A DNA stretch of 32,000 bases. Origin: Candidatus Karelsulcia muelleri (GTDB taxonomy: Bacteria > Bacteroidota > Bacteroidia > Flavobacteriales > Blattabacteriaceae). Location: contig NZ_CP094965.1 in NCBI RefSeq assembly GCF_022985615.1, positions 120,001 through 152,000 of the forward strand, given 5' to 3'. The notes beneath the pieces were generated by a model, which saw only the letters and a list, made by a program, of their open reading frames with translations, was not told the DNA's origin and did no database searches. Within the stretch, counting starts at the first letter, position 1. Each line of letters opens with the position of its first letter. The position numbers and the translations under genes were made by a program. Positions 1-7,202 of this stretch are shown here, piece by piece.

Positions 1-234
1 AAAATGGTAAGAAATTCCACAATAAAATTAAAAAGAGATAATAAAATTCTTTATGTGGGGAAATTAAATTCTTTGAAAACTTTTAAAAAAGATGTCAATG
101 TAGTAAAAAAAGGTTCTGAATGTGGAATAAATATTAAAAATTTTAATAATATAAAAATAGGAGATATTATAGAATCATATAAGGATTTAGGAGGGAGTTG
201 GAGAATGGGAGGAGAATCTAAGGTAATTTATTGA
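1..234 (+). CDS. infB: translation initiation factor IF-2, C-terminal fragment (5' end lies outside the window)
   Basis: Frame 1 is open from base 1. The translation ...KLNSLKTFKKDVNVVKKGSECGINIKNFNNIKIGDIIESY fits the conserved IF-2 C-terminal beta-barrel pattern (SLKrfKdDV..G.ECGI....GD.IE). TGA stop at 232-234. Confidence 0.8.
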   Translation, partial: KMVRNSTIKLKRDNKILYVGKLNSLKTFKKDVNVVKKGSECGINIKNFNNIKIGDIIESYKDLGGSWRMGGESKVIY

Positions 235-442
235 TATAAATCTGTATTTTTCTTTTTAATCTATTGGCTTTATTTTTATGTATAATTTTTTTTTTTGCTA
301 ATTTATCTATTAAGGATGAAGTTAAACTAAATTTTAGTTGTGCTATTTTTTTATCTTTTACTGATTTATTCTTTTTAATTGCAGTTTTTGTGGATTTAAA
401 AAAATATTTGTTGATTTTGGGAATTTTTTTATGTGAACCCAT
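218..442 (-). CDS. rpsT: 30S ribosomal protein S20
   Basis: 74-aa ORF. MGSHKK... at the N-terminus and ...IDKLAKKKIIHKNKANRLKRK match the S20 signature (M.NhKSa.KR ... dkaakkgvIHKNkAaR.KSrl). Converges on infB with a 17-bp overlap. Confidence 0.8.
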   Translation of the reverse strand: MGSHKKIPKINKYFFKSTKTAIKKNKSVKDKKIAQLKFSLTSSLIDKLAKKKIIHKNKANRLKRKIQIYINKLP

Positions 443-459
443 TCTTTCTTATTTTAAGA

Positions 460-531
460 TAGCCCATAGGGGAATTGAACCCCTCTTTTCAGAATGAAAA
501 TCTGATGTCCTAACCAATAGACGAATGGGCC
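460..531 (-). tRNA. tRNA-Glu (anticodon UUC)
   Basis: The reverse complement GGCCCAT TC GTCT ATTGGTTA GGAC A TCAGA TTTTCAT TCTGA AAAG AGGGG TTCAATT CCCCT ATGGGCT A folds as a 72-nt cloverleaf. The anticodon loop reads TTC at positions 34-36. Confidence 0.85.
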
Positions 532-537
532 CTTTTT

Positions 538-816
538 TTAAATCTTTTTAACTCCATTTAAGAAATGTTTTTTGTAAAACACTCCTTTTTTATATAAAAA
601 AGATTTAACAGTATTAGTAGGTTGTGCACCTTTTTCTAACCAATATATAGCTTTCTCTACATTTACTTCAACAATATATGGATTTTGAACGGGATTGTAA
701 ATTCCGATTTTTTCAATGAATTTTCCATCTCTAGGAGAATTGGAATTAGCTATTACAATTGAATAAAAAGGTTGTTTTTTTTTTCCTTTTCTTTGTAGAC
801 GGATTCTAAGAGACAT
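538..816 (-). CDS. rpsP: 30S ribosomal protein S16
   Basis: 92-aa ORF. MSLRIRLQRKGKKKQPFYSIVIANSNSPRDGKFIEKIGIYNP is a canonical S16 N-terminus. Confidence 0.95.
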   Translation of the reverse strand: MSLRIRLQRKGKKKQPFYSIVIANSNSPRDGKFIEKIGIYNPVQNPYIVEVNVEKAIYWLEKGAQPTNTVKSFLYKKGVFYKKHFLNGVKKI

Positions 817-895
817 AAATTGAATTGAGTAAATAAAGTATATATAACAAAATATACTTATATTGTAAAAAAAAACCTTTATATTTAATGTTAAA

Positions 896-966
896 AGATT
901 CGTAGTGTAATGGTAGCACAGCAGATTTTGGTTCTGTTAGTTAGGGTTCAAATCCCTGCGAATCTG
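896..966 (+). tRNA. tRNA-Gln (anticodon UUG)
   Basis: AGATTCG TA GTGT AATGGTA GCAC A GCAGA TTTTGGT TCTGT TAGT TAGGG TTCAAAT CCCTG CGAATCT G folds as a 71-nt cloverleaf with a perfect 7-bp acceptor stem and anticodon TTG. Confidence 0.85.
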
Positions 967-1001
967 AAGAATCGAATATGAAGTAAAGAATGTAAAGAAT
1001 C

Positions 1002-1033
1002 ATCTTCTAGAATCTGTATCTTCTAGAATCTAA
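1002..1033. repeat. 16-bp tandem duplication (ATCTTCTAGAATCTGT / ATCTTCTAGAATCTAA) in non-coding DNA downstream of tRNA-Gln
   Basis: Direct reading: two adjacent copies with 14 of 16 positions identical. A GTAAAGAAT x2 duplication lies just upstream. Confidence 0.85.
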
Positions 1034-1223
1034 ATCTAAAACCCGTCAAAGAAGAAATAGCAAAAAGATCGAGATTATTAATCTATATAAAGATAAACAA
1101 TTTCATGTTTATCATAGAGGAATTTTAATTGATAAAACGATTTATTAGAAAGGGAGAGTCTTTAAAAGAAAGACTAATGACTGTAATAGCAATAATTAAT
1201 AATTATAATTAATAAAATTATAA

Positions 1224-1700
1224 TTAATAATTATTTTTAGCAGAATTTATTATTTTTTCTTTACTCGGGTACCAAAGTTTAATTAAGTTTTTGGCATAAG
1301 GAGCTGGAGTATCTTCTAAAGTAATTCTTTTGATTGGAGCATCTAAGTAATCAAAAGCATATTTTTGTACTAAATAAGTAATTTCAGATGAAATAGAACA
1401 AAATGGCCAAGCTTCTTCTAGAATAATTAATCTATTAGTATTGTTTTAATGATTACATCATTAATAGCTGATTTTAAAAGCCCTTTAGCATCATATGCAT
1501 TAGATGGAACTACTACTTTTAATCCAGGACAATGAGCATACAAATTCTCTAAAGATTGTGAATGTGTAGCACCCAATTGACCAGCAAATCCTGTAGGGCA
1601 TCGAAATACTATTGGTAGTTGACCTCCACTCATTTGTCGGATTTTAGCAGCATTATTTATTATTTGATCTATAGCTACTAATGAAAAAAGTCATAAATTA
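1224..1700 (-). pseudogene. pdhB: pyruvate dehydrogenase E1 beta subunit remnant (N-terminus lost, internal deletion, frame changes)
   Basis: Minus-strand fragments translate as [77 protein letters not shown] and, in another frame, [70 protein letters not shown] (stop at 1224-1226). These match the middle and C-terminal parts of E1-beta. About 470 bp remain of a gene I expect to be near 1 kb. The junction lies near 1430-1445, and a 1-nt frame problem sits near 1690. No start codon or N-terminal domain remains before the rpoD stop at 1721. Confidence 0.8.
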
Positions 1701-1720
1701 ATTTTTTTTATCTTTGACTT

Positions 1721-2647
1721 TTAATATAAGAAAGAAATTAATTTTCGAAATTTAGAGGTATGTCTTAGTCTTTTTAAAGTATGGATTTCGATTTGTCTAC
1801 ATCTTTCACGAGTTAATTTTAAGATTTTAGCTATTTCTTCTAATGAATGAGGGTAACATCCTAGACCAAAATGAAGTTTAATAATTTTAGCTTCTCTCTC
1901 GGGTAGAGTTTTTAAAACGGATTGGATTTCTTCTTTAAGGGAATCCAATTCTAATTTTTCTTCTGCATTTTCACAATTTTTATTTGTTAAAATTTCATAC
2001 CAGTTAACTGGTTCTTCTTCTTCATTCAATGGAGCATCTAAAGAAGGTAGTTTATATGAGTTTAGTAGGGCTTCATCTACTTCTTTTTCTGTACATTTTA
2101 ATGTGTCGCTTATTTCTTTTATAGTGGGTTTTATTTTGAATTTTTGTTCGAATTTTAAAATGAATTTATTTACTTTATTATAAAATGCTATCTTATTTGT
2201 TGGGCACCGTATTCCACGAGATTGTTCAGAAATAGCTTGTAATATCGATTGTCTAATCCACCAAACGCAATATGAAATGCATTTGTATCCTTTTCGTTCA
2301 TCAAATCTACATATTCCTTTTATTAATCCCATATTGCCTTCATTAATTAAATCACTAAAGCTCAATCCTTGGTTTTGATATTTTTTAGCTATAGAAACTA
2401 CAAAACGAAGGTTGGATTTTATTAATAGATCAATACATTTTTTAGCTATTTTTTTTTCATATTGAGTTGCATTTTCATTATATCCCCTTCTAATTTTTCT
2501 AGCCAAAATTATTTCTTCTTTATAAGATAATAATTTAATTTTTACTATTTCCTCTAAGTATTTTTCAATAGTTTCTTCATCTAAATTTTTGTATAATTTC
2601 TGTTTTTTCTTTTGGATCTGAGGTCTCATAGGTTTGTTTAATATCAT
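1721..2647 (-). CDS. rpoD: RNA polymerase primary sigma factor (sigma-70 family, short Bacteroidota-like form)
   Basis: 308-aa ORF. Region 2 reads NLRFVVSIAKKYQNQGLSFSDLINEGNMGLIKGICRFDERKGYKCISYCVWWIRQSI. Region 4 reads EREAKIIKLHFGL...SLEEIAKILKLTRERCRQIE. Confidence 0.9.
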   Translation of the reverse strand: MILNKPMRPQIQKKKQKLYKNLDEETIEKYLEEIVKIKLLSYKEEIILARKIRRGYNENATQYEKKIAKKCIDLLIKSNLRFVVSIAKKYQNQGLSFSDLINEGNMGLIKGICRFDERKGYKCISYCVWWIRQSILQAISEQSRGIRCPTNKIAFYNKVNKFILKFEQKFKIKPTIKEISDTLKCTEKEVDEALLNSYKLPSLDAPLNEEEEPVNWYEILTNKNCENAEEKLELDSLKEEIQSVLKTLPEREAKIIKLHFGLGCYPHSLEEIAKILKLTRERCRQIEIHTLKRLRHTSKFRKLISFLY

Positions 2648-2648
2648 T

Positions 2649-4787
2649 TTAAGTATTAGTATTATTTAAGTATTTATTTGAGAATATCATTTTCCCATTT
2701 TTATTGTCTACTCCCAAATATTTTACTAAGATTATATCTCCAATTTTTAAAAAATCTTCTAATCTATCATATTTCTGAAAATTAATTTCAGAAATATGTA
2801 ATAGGCTTTCTATATGTAATAGGCTTTCTACACCTTTATAAATTTCAATAAATACTCCGAATTCTTTGATAGATCTAACTCTTGCCTTATATATATTTCC
2901 AATTTTAGGAATAAAAATCAGAGATTTTATTACTCTTACTGCTTTTTTAATTTCCTCATTTTTTTTTCCAATTATTTCAATACGTCCTAAATTATTCTTT
3001 TCCTCGATAAAAATACTTGTATTAGTTTCATGTTGAATGTCAGTAATTTTTTTTCCACCATGGCCTATCACAGTGCCTATAAAGGATTTAGGTATAGTGA
3101 AAGCATAAATTTTTGGAGCCTGAGGTTTAAGAAATAATCTAGGTTTTGGTATAGTTTTTAACATTTTGCCTAAAATAAATAATCTCCCAATTTTAGCCTT
3201 TAAAAGGATTTTGGCTAAAATTTCATGATTCAAACCTTCAACTTTCACATCCATTTGACATGCAGTAATTCCTAGTTTAGTCCCTGCTATTTTAAAATCC
3301 ATATCTCCCCAAAAATCTTCTTCTCCTAAGATATCTGATAGTACGATTTTTTCTCCAGTTGCTTTATTGATAATTAAGCCCATCGCAATTCCTGCTACTG
3401 GTCTAATAATAGGTATTCCAGCATCCATCAAGGCTAAAGTACTTGCACATACTGTAGCCATTGAAGAGGACCCATTAGATTCTAAGACATCTGCTACTAT
3501 TCTTATAGTATATGGATTATTACTTGGCAGTATATTCTTTAAAGCTCTTTGAGCTAAATTCCCATGTCCTATTTCACGACGTGAAATACCTCTAATAATT
3601 CTTATTTCTCCTGTAGAAAAAGGTGGAAAATTATAGTGTAAATAAAATTTTTGTTGATCTTGCTCAATTACATCTTGCTCAATTACAGAATCTATTTTCT
3701 TAACGTCTGAAGAGGACCCTAAAGTAATGGTAGATAAAGCTTGTGTTTCACCTCTGGTAAATAAGGCGGAACCATGAACTTCAGGTAAAAAATCCACTTT
3801 ACACCAAATATCTCTTATTTTATTAAAATTACGTCCATCTAGCCTTTGTTTTTTTTTAAACATTAAATCAAGAATAATTTTCTTTTTTAATTCGTTAAAA
3901 TAATATTTTATTTCATTTTCACTGTCCTTAGGCATTTTTTGTTTTACTTTTTTTAATAAAGTTTCTAATTTTTCATTTCTTTTTTGTTTATTATAAAATT
4001 TATTATAAAGTTTTGTTATATTATATTTTATTAATTTTATTATTTTATCATTAAAAAAATTTTGACCTTCTTTTTTCTTGATTATAGTTGTTTTTTTAAG
4101 TTTAATTTTTTTTCTTAATCGTTTTTGAGCTGATATTTGATATTTAATATGTTTGTGAGCATATTTTATAGCTTTTAGAAGTTCAAATTCAGAGATTTCT
4201 TTCATTTCACCTTCTATCATAATAATTGAACGGTTAGACCCACCTATAATTAACTCAAAACTTGAGTTTTTAAGTTGTTCTATTCCAGGATTTAATACAA
4301 AAGAATTATTTACTCTAATTATTCTTACTATTGAAACTGGTTCTGTAAAAGGGATTTTAGAAATATATAATGCAGAAGAAGCTGCGAGACAGGCTAAAAC
4401 ATCTGGTAATATCTTTTTATCATAAGATAAAAGAGAAATCATAATTTGAATATCTTTATAGAAGTTTTTGGGAAAAATGGGTCGTAATACACGGTCTATA
4501 AGTCTCATCGTCATTATTTCTTCTTCTGTACATCTGCCTTCTCTTTTAAGATATCTCCCCGGAATTTTACCTATCGCTGAATATTTTTCTCTATAATCTA
4601 TTGTAAGTGGTAGAAAATTTACACCTTCTTTTTCTTCTTTTGAAATTACTACTGTAGCCAATAAAATTGTATTTCCCATTCTGATTATAACTGAACCATT
4701 AGCTTGCTTGGCTAATTGGCCAGTTTCAATATTTATATATTTTCCATCATTTAAAAATATTTTTTCTTTTATTAATTTTGTAATCAT
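2649..4787 (-). CDS. pnp: polyribonucleotide nucleotidyltransferase (PNPase)
   Basis: 712-aa ORF with two RNase PH domains (GRCTEEEIMTMRLIDRVLRPIFP; RREIGHGNLAQRAL; SNGSSSMATVCASTLALMDAGIP), a KH domain (IGTVIGHGGKKI) and a C-terminal S1 domain (GNIYKARVRSIKEFGVFIEI). It lies directly downstream of rpsO, as in the classical rpsO-pnp arrangement. Confidence 0.95.
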   Translation of the reverse strand: MITKLIKEKIFLNDGKYINIETGQLAKQANGSVIIRMGNTILLATVVISKEEKEGVNFLPLTIDYREKYSAIGKIPGRYLKREGRCTEEEIMTMRLIDRVLRPIFPKNFYKDIQIMISLLSYDKKILPDVLACLAASSALYISKIPFTEPVSIVRIIRVNNSFVLNPGIEQLKNSSFELIIGGSNRSIIMIEGEMKEISEFELLKAIKYAHKHIKYQISAQKRLRKKIKLKKTTIIKKKEGQNFFNDKIIKLIKYNITKLYNKFYNKQKRNEKLETLLKKVKQKMPKDSENEIKYYFNELKKKIILDLMFKKKQRLDGRNFNKIRDIWCKVDFLPEVHGSALFTRGETQALSTITLGSSSDVKKIDSVIEQDVIEQDQQKFYLHYNFPPFSTGEIRIIRGISRREIGHGNLAQRALKNILPSNNPYTIRIVADVLESNGSSSMATVCASTLALMDAGIPIIRPVAGIAMGLIINKATGEKIVLSDILGEEDFWGDMDFKIAGTKLGITACQMDVKVEGLNHEILAKILLKAKIGRLFILGKMLKTIPKPRLFLKPQAPKIYAFTIPKSFIGTVIGHGGKKITDIQHETNTSIFIEEKNNLGRIEIIGKKNEEIKKAVRVIKSLIFIPKIGNIYKARVRSIKEFGVFIEIYKGVESLLHIESLLHISEINFQKYDRLEDFLKIGDIILVKYLGVDNKNGKMIFSNKYLNNTNT
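2794..2829. repeat. perfect 18-bp tandem duplication inside pnp (adds ESLLHI to the S1-domain region)
   Basis: ATATGTAATAGGCTTTCT occurs twice back to back. The protein reads ...ESLLHIESLLHIS... The duplication is in-frame (6 codons). Confidence 0.9.
3657..3686. repeat. perfect 15-bp tandem duplication inside pnp (adds VIEQD)
   Basis: ATCTTGCTCAATTAC occurs twice back to back. The protein reads ...SVIEQDVIEQDQQ... The duplication is in-frame (5 codons). Confidence 0.9.
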
Positions 4788-4789
4788 AT

Positions 4790-4966
4790 TTATTTTTTTT
4801 TTAGCAATGATTTAATCATTTGTTTTTTTTTAGTAACTTGTTTAATTAAAATTCTATAACTATTATAATCGTGTTGATTTTGTTTTAAATGATTAGTAAT
4901 TCTTTTTATCTTTTTATTTAAGTATAATAGTTGTGCTAGATTGGAACCAGTATCTAATTTTTTCAT
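4790..4966 (-). CDS. rpsO: 30S ribosomal protein S15, unusually short (58 aa)
   Basis: Not in the supplied ORF track (below its size cut-off). My hand translation from ATG 4966 is MKKLDTGSNLAQLLYLNKKIKRITNHLKQNQHDYNSYRILIKQVTKKKQMIKSLLKKK*. It matches the S15 core (DTGS.evQ.A.LT..I..Lt.Hlk.hkkDhhSrRgLl.lv.kRr.ll.YL). A stop codon lies immediately upstream of the ATG. The TAA at 4790-4792 is 2 nt before the pnp start. Confidence 0.7.
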   Translation of the reverse strand: MKKLDTGSNLAQLLYLNKKIKRITNHLKQNQHDYNSYRILIKQVTKKKQMIKSLLKKK

Positions 4967-5009
4967 TTATAATATTTTCTTGTATAAGAATATAAGAAAT
5001 AAATAGAAA

Positions 5010-5267
5010 ATGAAAAAAGGAATACATCCAAAAAATTATAGAATTGTAGTATTTCAAGATATAGCAAGCAAAAAGAAAATATTTTGTAAATCAACAGTAG
5101 AAACTAAAAATGTTATAAAAATTAAAAATAAAGTTTATCCTTTATATAAAATGGAAGTTTCTAGCTTCTCGCATCCAACTTATATTGGTAAACTAAAATA
5201 TATTAATAAAGCCGGTAGAATAGAAAAGTTTAATTCTAGATATAGCTCCTATCTGAAAAAAAGATAA
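5010..5267 (+). CDS. rpmE: 50S ribosomal protein L31
   Basis: 85-aa ORF. MKKGIHPKNYRIVVFQD... and ...SSFSHPTYIGK are typical of L31; no CxxC zinc motif is evident. Confidence 0.9.
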   Translation: MKKGIHPKNYRIVVFQDIASKKKIFCKSTVETKNVIKIKNKVYPLYKMEVSSFSHPTYIGKLKYINKAGRIEKFNSRYSSYLKKR

Positions 5268-5271
5268 TATG

Positions 5272-6276
5272 CTAAGGTTTGATCGAAAATTTATCGAATA
5301 AATTTCGTTCATATTTTAATTTACCAACTAGAGCAATCATAGCTGCATTATCACTTGAAAATTCAAGTTGTGGAAAAAAAGTTTTCCAGTTATTTTCTAG
5401 AGATTTTTTGCTAAAAAATTTTTTTAATCCAAGATTTGATGAAATTCCTCCAGAAAAAACTATATTTTTTATTCCAGTTTTTTTAACAGTTTGATTTAAT
5501 TTATCAAATAATATCTCAAAAACAGTTTCTTGAAAAGAAGCACAGATATCATTAATATTTTGGGAAATAAATTTACTATTTTTTTTAATTTTCTTTTTCA
5601 AGAAATATAAAAAATTAGTTTGTAACCCACTAAAACTAAAATTTAACTTTTTGGCTTTAGGTTTATTAAAAAAAAAGGTTTTCGAATTCCCTAATTGAGC
5701 ATATTTATCTATAATTCTCCCTCCTGGATATTTAAATCCAAGTCTTTTAGCCATATTATCAAAGAGATTTCCTAAAGAAATATCGTTAGAACTACCTAAA
5801 ATTTTAATTTCTAAAAAATCTTTTACTTTTATTATATTAGTATGTCCACCACTTATAGATAAAGAAATAAATGGAAAATTAGGGGGAGTAGAATGTACTC
5901 CTTTAATAAAATGAGCTAAAATATGAGCTTGAATATGATTGACAGAAATTAATGGAATTTGCCAGCACATAGCTAATGATTTTGCAAAAGCACTGCCAAC
6001 TAATAAAGAACCAATTAAACCTGGGAAATTAGTAAATGCGATAGCATTAATAGCATTATTTTTAATTTTTGCCTTTAAAATAGCATTATTAACTACAGAA
6101 ACTATATGCTGAAGATGCAAACTGGCAGCTAGTTCAGGGACCACACCACCAAATTTTTGATGAATTTTTTGAGTTCTTACAATATTTGATAAAACGGTGT
6201 TGTTATTTATAATTGCAGCACAAGTATCATCACAAGAAGTATCTATACCTAAAATAATTAAATTCTTTTTTTTCAT
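5272..6276 (-). CDS. tsaD: tRNA N6-adenosine threonylcarbamoyltransferase (Kae1/Gcp/TsaD family)
   Basis: 334-aa ORF. ILGIDTSCDDTCAAII, VVPELAASLHLQHI, NHIQAHIL, SISGGHTNII and FSGGISSN are the conserved TsaD blocks. Confidence 0.9.
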   Translation of the reverse strand: MKKKNLIILGIDTSCDDTCAAIINNNTVLSNIVRTQKIHQKFGGVVPELAASLHLQHIVSVVNNAILKAKIKNNAINAIAFTNFPGLIGSLLVGSAFAKSLAMCWQIPLISVNHIQAHILAHFIKGVHSTPPNFPFISLSISGGHTNIIKVKDFLEIKILGSSNDISLGNLFDNMAKRLGFKYPGGRIIDKYAQLGNSKTFFFNKPKAKKLNFSFSGLQTNFLYFLKKKIKKNSKFISQNINDICASFQETVFEILFDKLNQTVKKTGIKNIVFSGGISSNLGLKKFFSKKSLENNWKTFFPQLEFSSDNAAMIALVGKLKYERNLFDKFSIKP

Positions 6277-6287
6277 GGTAAAAAGAT

Positions 6288-6295
6288 TACTTTTG
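6288..6295 (+). promoter_or_regulatory. possible Bacteroidota-type -7 promoter box (TAnnTTTG) ahead of rpsL
   Basis: TACTTTTG lies 26 nt upstream of the rpsL ATG, in the 44-bp divergent tsaD/rpsL spacer. I found no convincing -33 TTTG partner, and the motif is expected often by chance in DNA this AT-rich. Confidence 0.25.
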
Positions 6296-6320
6296 TACTT
6301 AAAGACAGTTCAGTTCTATA

Positions 6321-6695
6321 ATGCCTACAATTCAACAATTAATAAAAAAAGGTAGAAAAAAAAGAAAAAATACAAGTAAATCTTTAGCCTTAAATCATTG
6401 TCCACAACGTAGAGGAGTATGTCTTAGAGTATATACAACTACACCAAAAAAACCGAATTCTGCTATGAGAAAAGTTGCAAGAGTACGTCTAAGCAATGGA
6501 AAAGAAGTAAACGCTTATATACCTGGTGAAGGCCATAATCTTCAAGAACATTCAATAGTTTTGATAAGGGGAGGCCGAGTAAAGGATTTACCAGGAGTAC
6601 GTTATCATATAATTAGAGGAGCTTTGGACACTTTAGGAGTTAAAGATAGAAAGAAATCCCGTTCAAAATATGGAACAAAAAAGAAAAGTAAATAA
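6321..6695 (+). CDS. rpsL: 30S ribosomal protein S12
   Basis: [14 protein letters not shown]...[74 protein letters not shown] is a canonical S12. Confidence 0.97.
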   Translation: MPTIQQLIKKGRKKRKNTSKSLALNHCPQRRGVCLRVYTTTPKKPNSAMRKVARVRLSNGKEVNAYIPGEGHNLQEHSIVLIRGGRVKDLPGVRYHIIRGALDTLGVKDRKKSRSKYGTKKKSK

Positions 6696-7165
6696 TGAGA
6701 AAATTAAAAAAAAAAAAAATAATATACGAACCAGATCCAAAATTTAAAGAACCATTAGTTACAAGATTTGTGAATCATTTAATGAAACATGGTAAAAAAA
6801 AATTAGCCTATAGAATATTTTATAATTTTATAGATGAATTAGAAAAGATCAATAATAATAAAAAAGGAATAAAAATTTGGAAAAAAGCTTTAAAAAATGT
6901 GACTCCACAAGTCTATATAAGAAGTAAACGGATAGGAGGGACAAAAATAAATATACCAATTATTCTACCAAAAACCTTACAATTAACTAAAGCTATGAAA
7001 TTACTTATTAATAGTTCGAAAGAAAGAAAAGAAAAAGCAATGTATAAGAAATTAGCAGGAGAAACCTTAGCAGCTTACAAAAAAGAAGGAAGAGCAATAA
7101 AAAAAAAAGAGAATATGCATAAAATAGCTGAATCCAATAAAGCCTTTTCACATATAAAATTTTAA
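6695..7165 (+). CDS. rpsG: 30S ribosomal protein S7
   Basis: 156-aa ORF. DPKFKEPLVTRFVNHLMKHGKKKLAYRIFY and the C-terminal KKKENMHKIAESNKAFSH match S7. TAATG overlap with rpsL. The N-terminus contains an A14 run (6706-6719). Confidence 0.93.
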   Translation: MRKLKKKKIIYEPDPKFKEPLVTRFVNHLMKHGKKKLAYRIFYNFIDELEKINNNKKGIKIWKKALKNVTPQVYIRSKRIGGTKINIPIILPKTLQLTKAMKLLINSSKERKEKAMYKKLAGETLAAYKKEGRAIKKKENMHKIAESNKAFSHIKF

Positions 7166-7195
7166 AAAACATCACATATAAAATTTTAAAAAACA
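7148..7195. repeat. perfect 24-bp tandem duplication spanning the rpsG stop codon
   Basis: TCACATATAAAATTTTAAAAAACA occurs twice back to back. Copy 1 holds the last rpsG codons and its TAA (7163-7165). Copy 2 repeats them in the rpsG-fusA spacer. Confidence 0.9.
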
Positions 7196-7202
7196 AAATA
7201 AA

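Noticed and set aside
264-497. 77-aa plus-strand ORF
   Set aside because: It is antisense to rpsT and runs through tRNA-Glu. It has Phe/Leu/Ile-rich low-complexity sequence typical of antisense frames in AT-rich DNA.
1427-1633. 68-aa ORF as a stand-alone gene
   Set aside because: It is an internal fragment of E1-beta with no N- or C-terminal domains. I treat it as part of the pdhB pseudogene.
3367-3552. 61-aa plus-strand ORF inside pnp, and similar antisense or overlapping ORFs at 5279-5494, 7008-7196, 18798-19013, 18841-19035, 19786-20034, 26899-27105, 28549-28779 and 29721-29903
   Set aside because: Each is nested within or overlaps a well-supported gene (pnp, tsaD, rpsG, rpsK/rpsD, rpoA, E2, holA, trxB), either on the opposite strand or in another frame. 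None has recognisable protein features.
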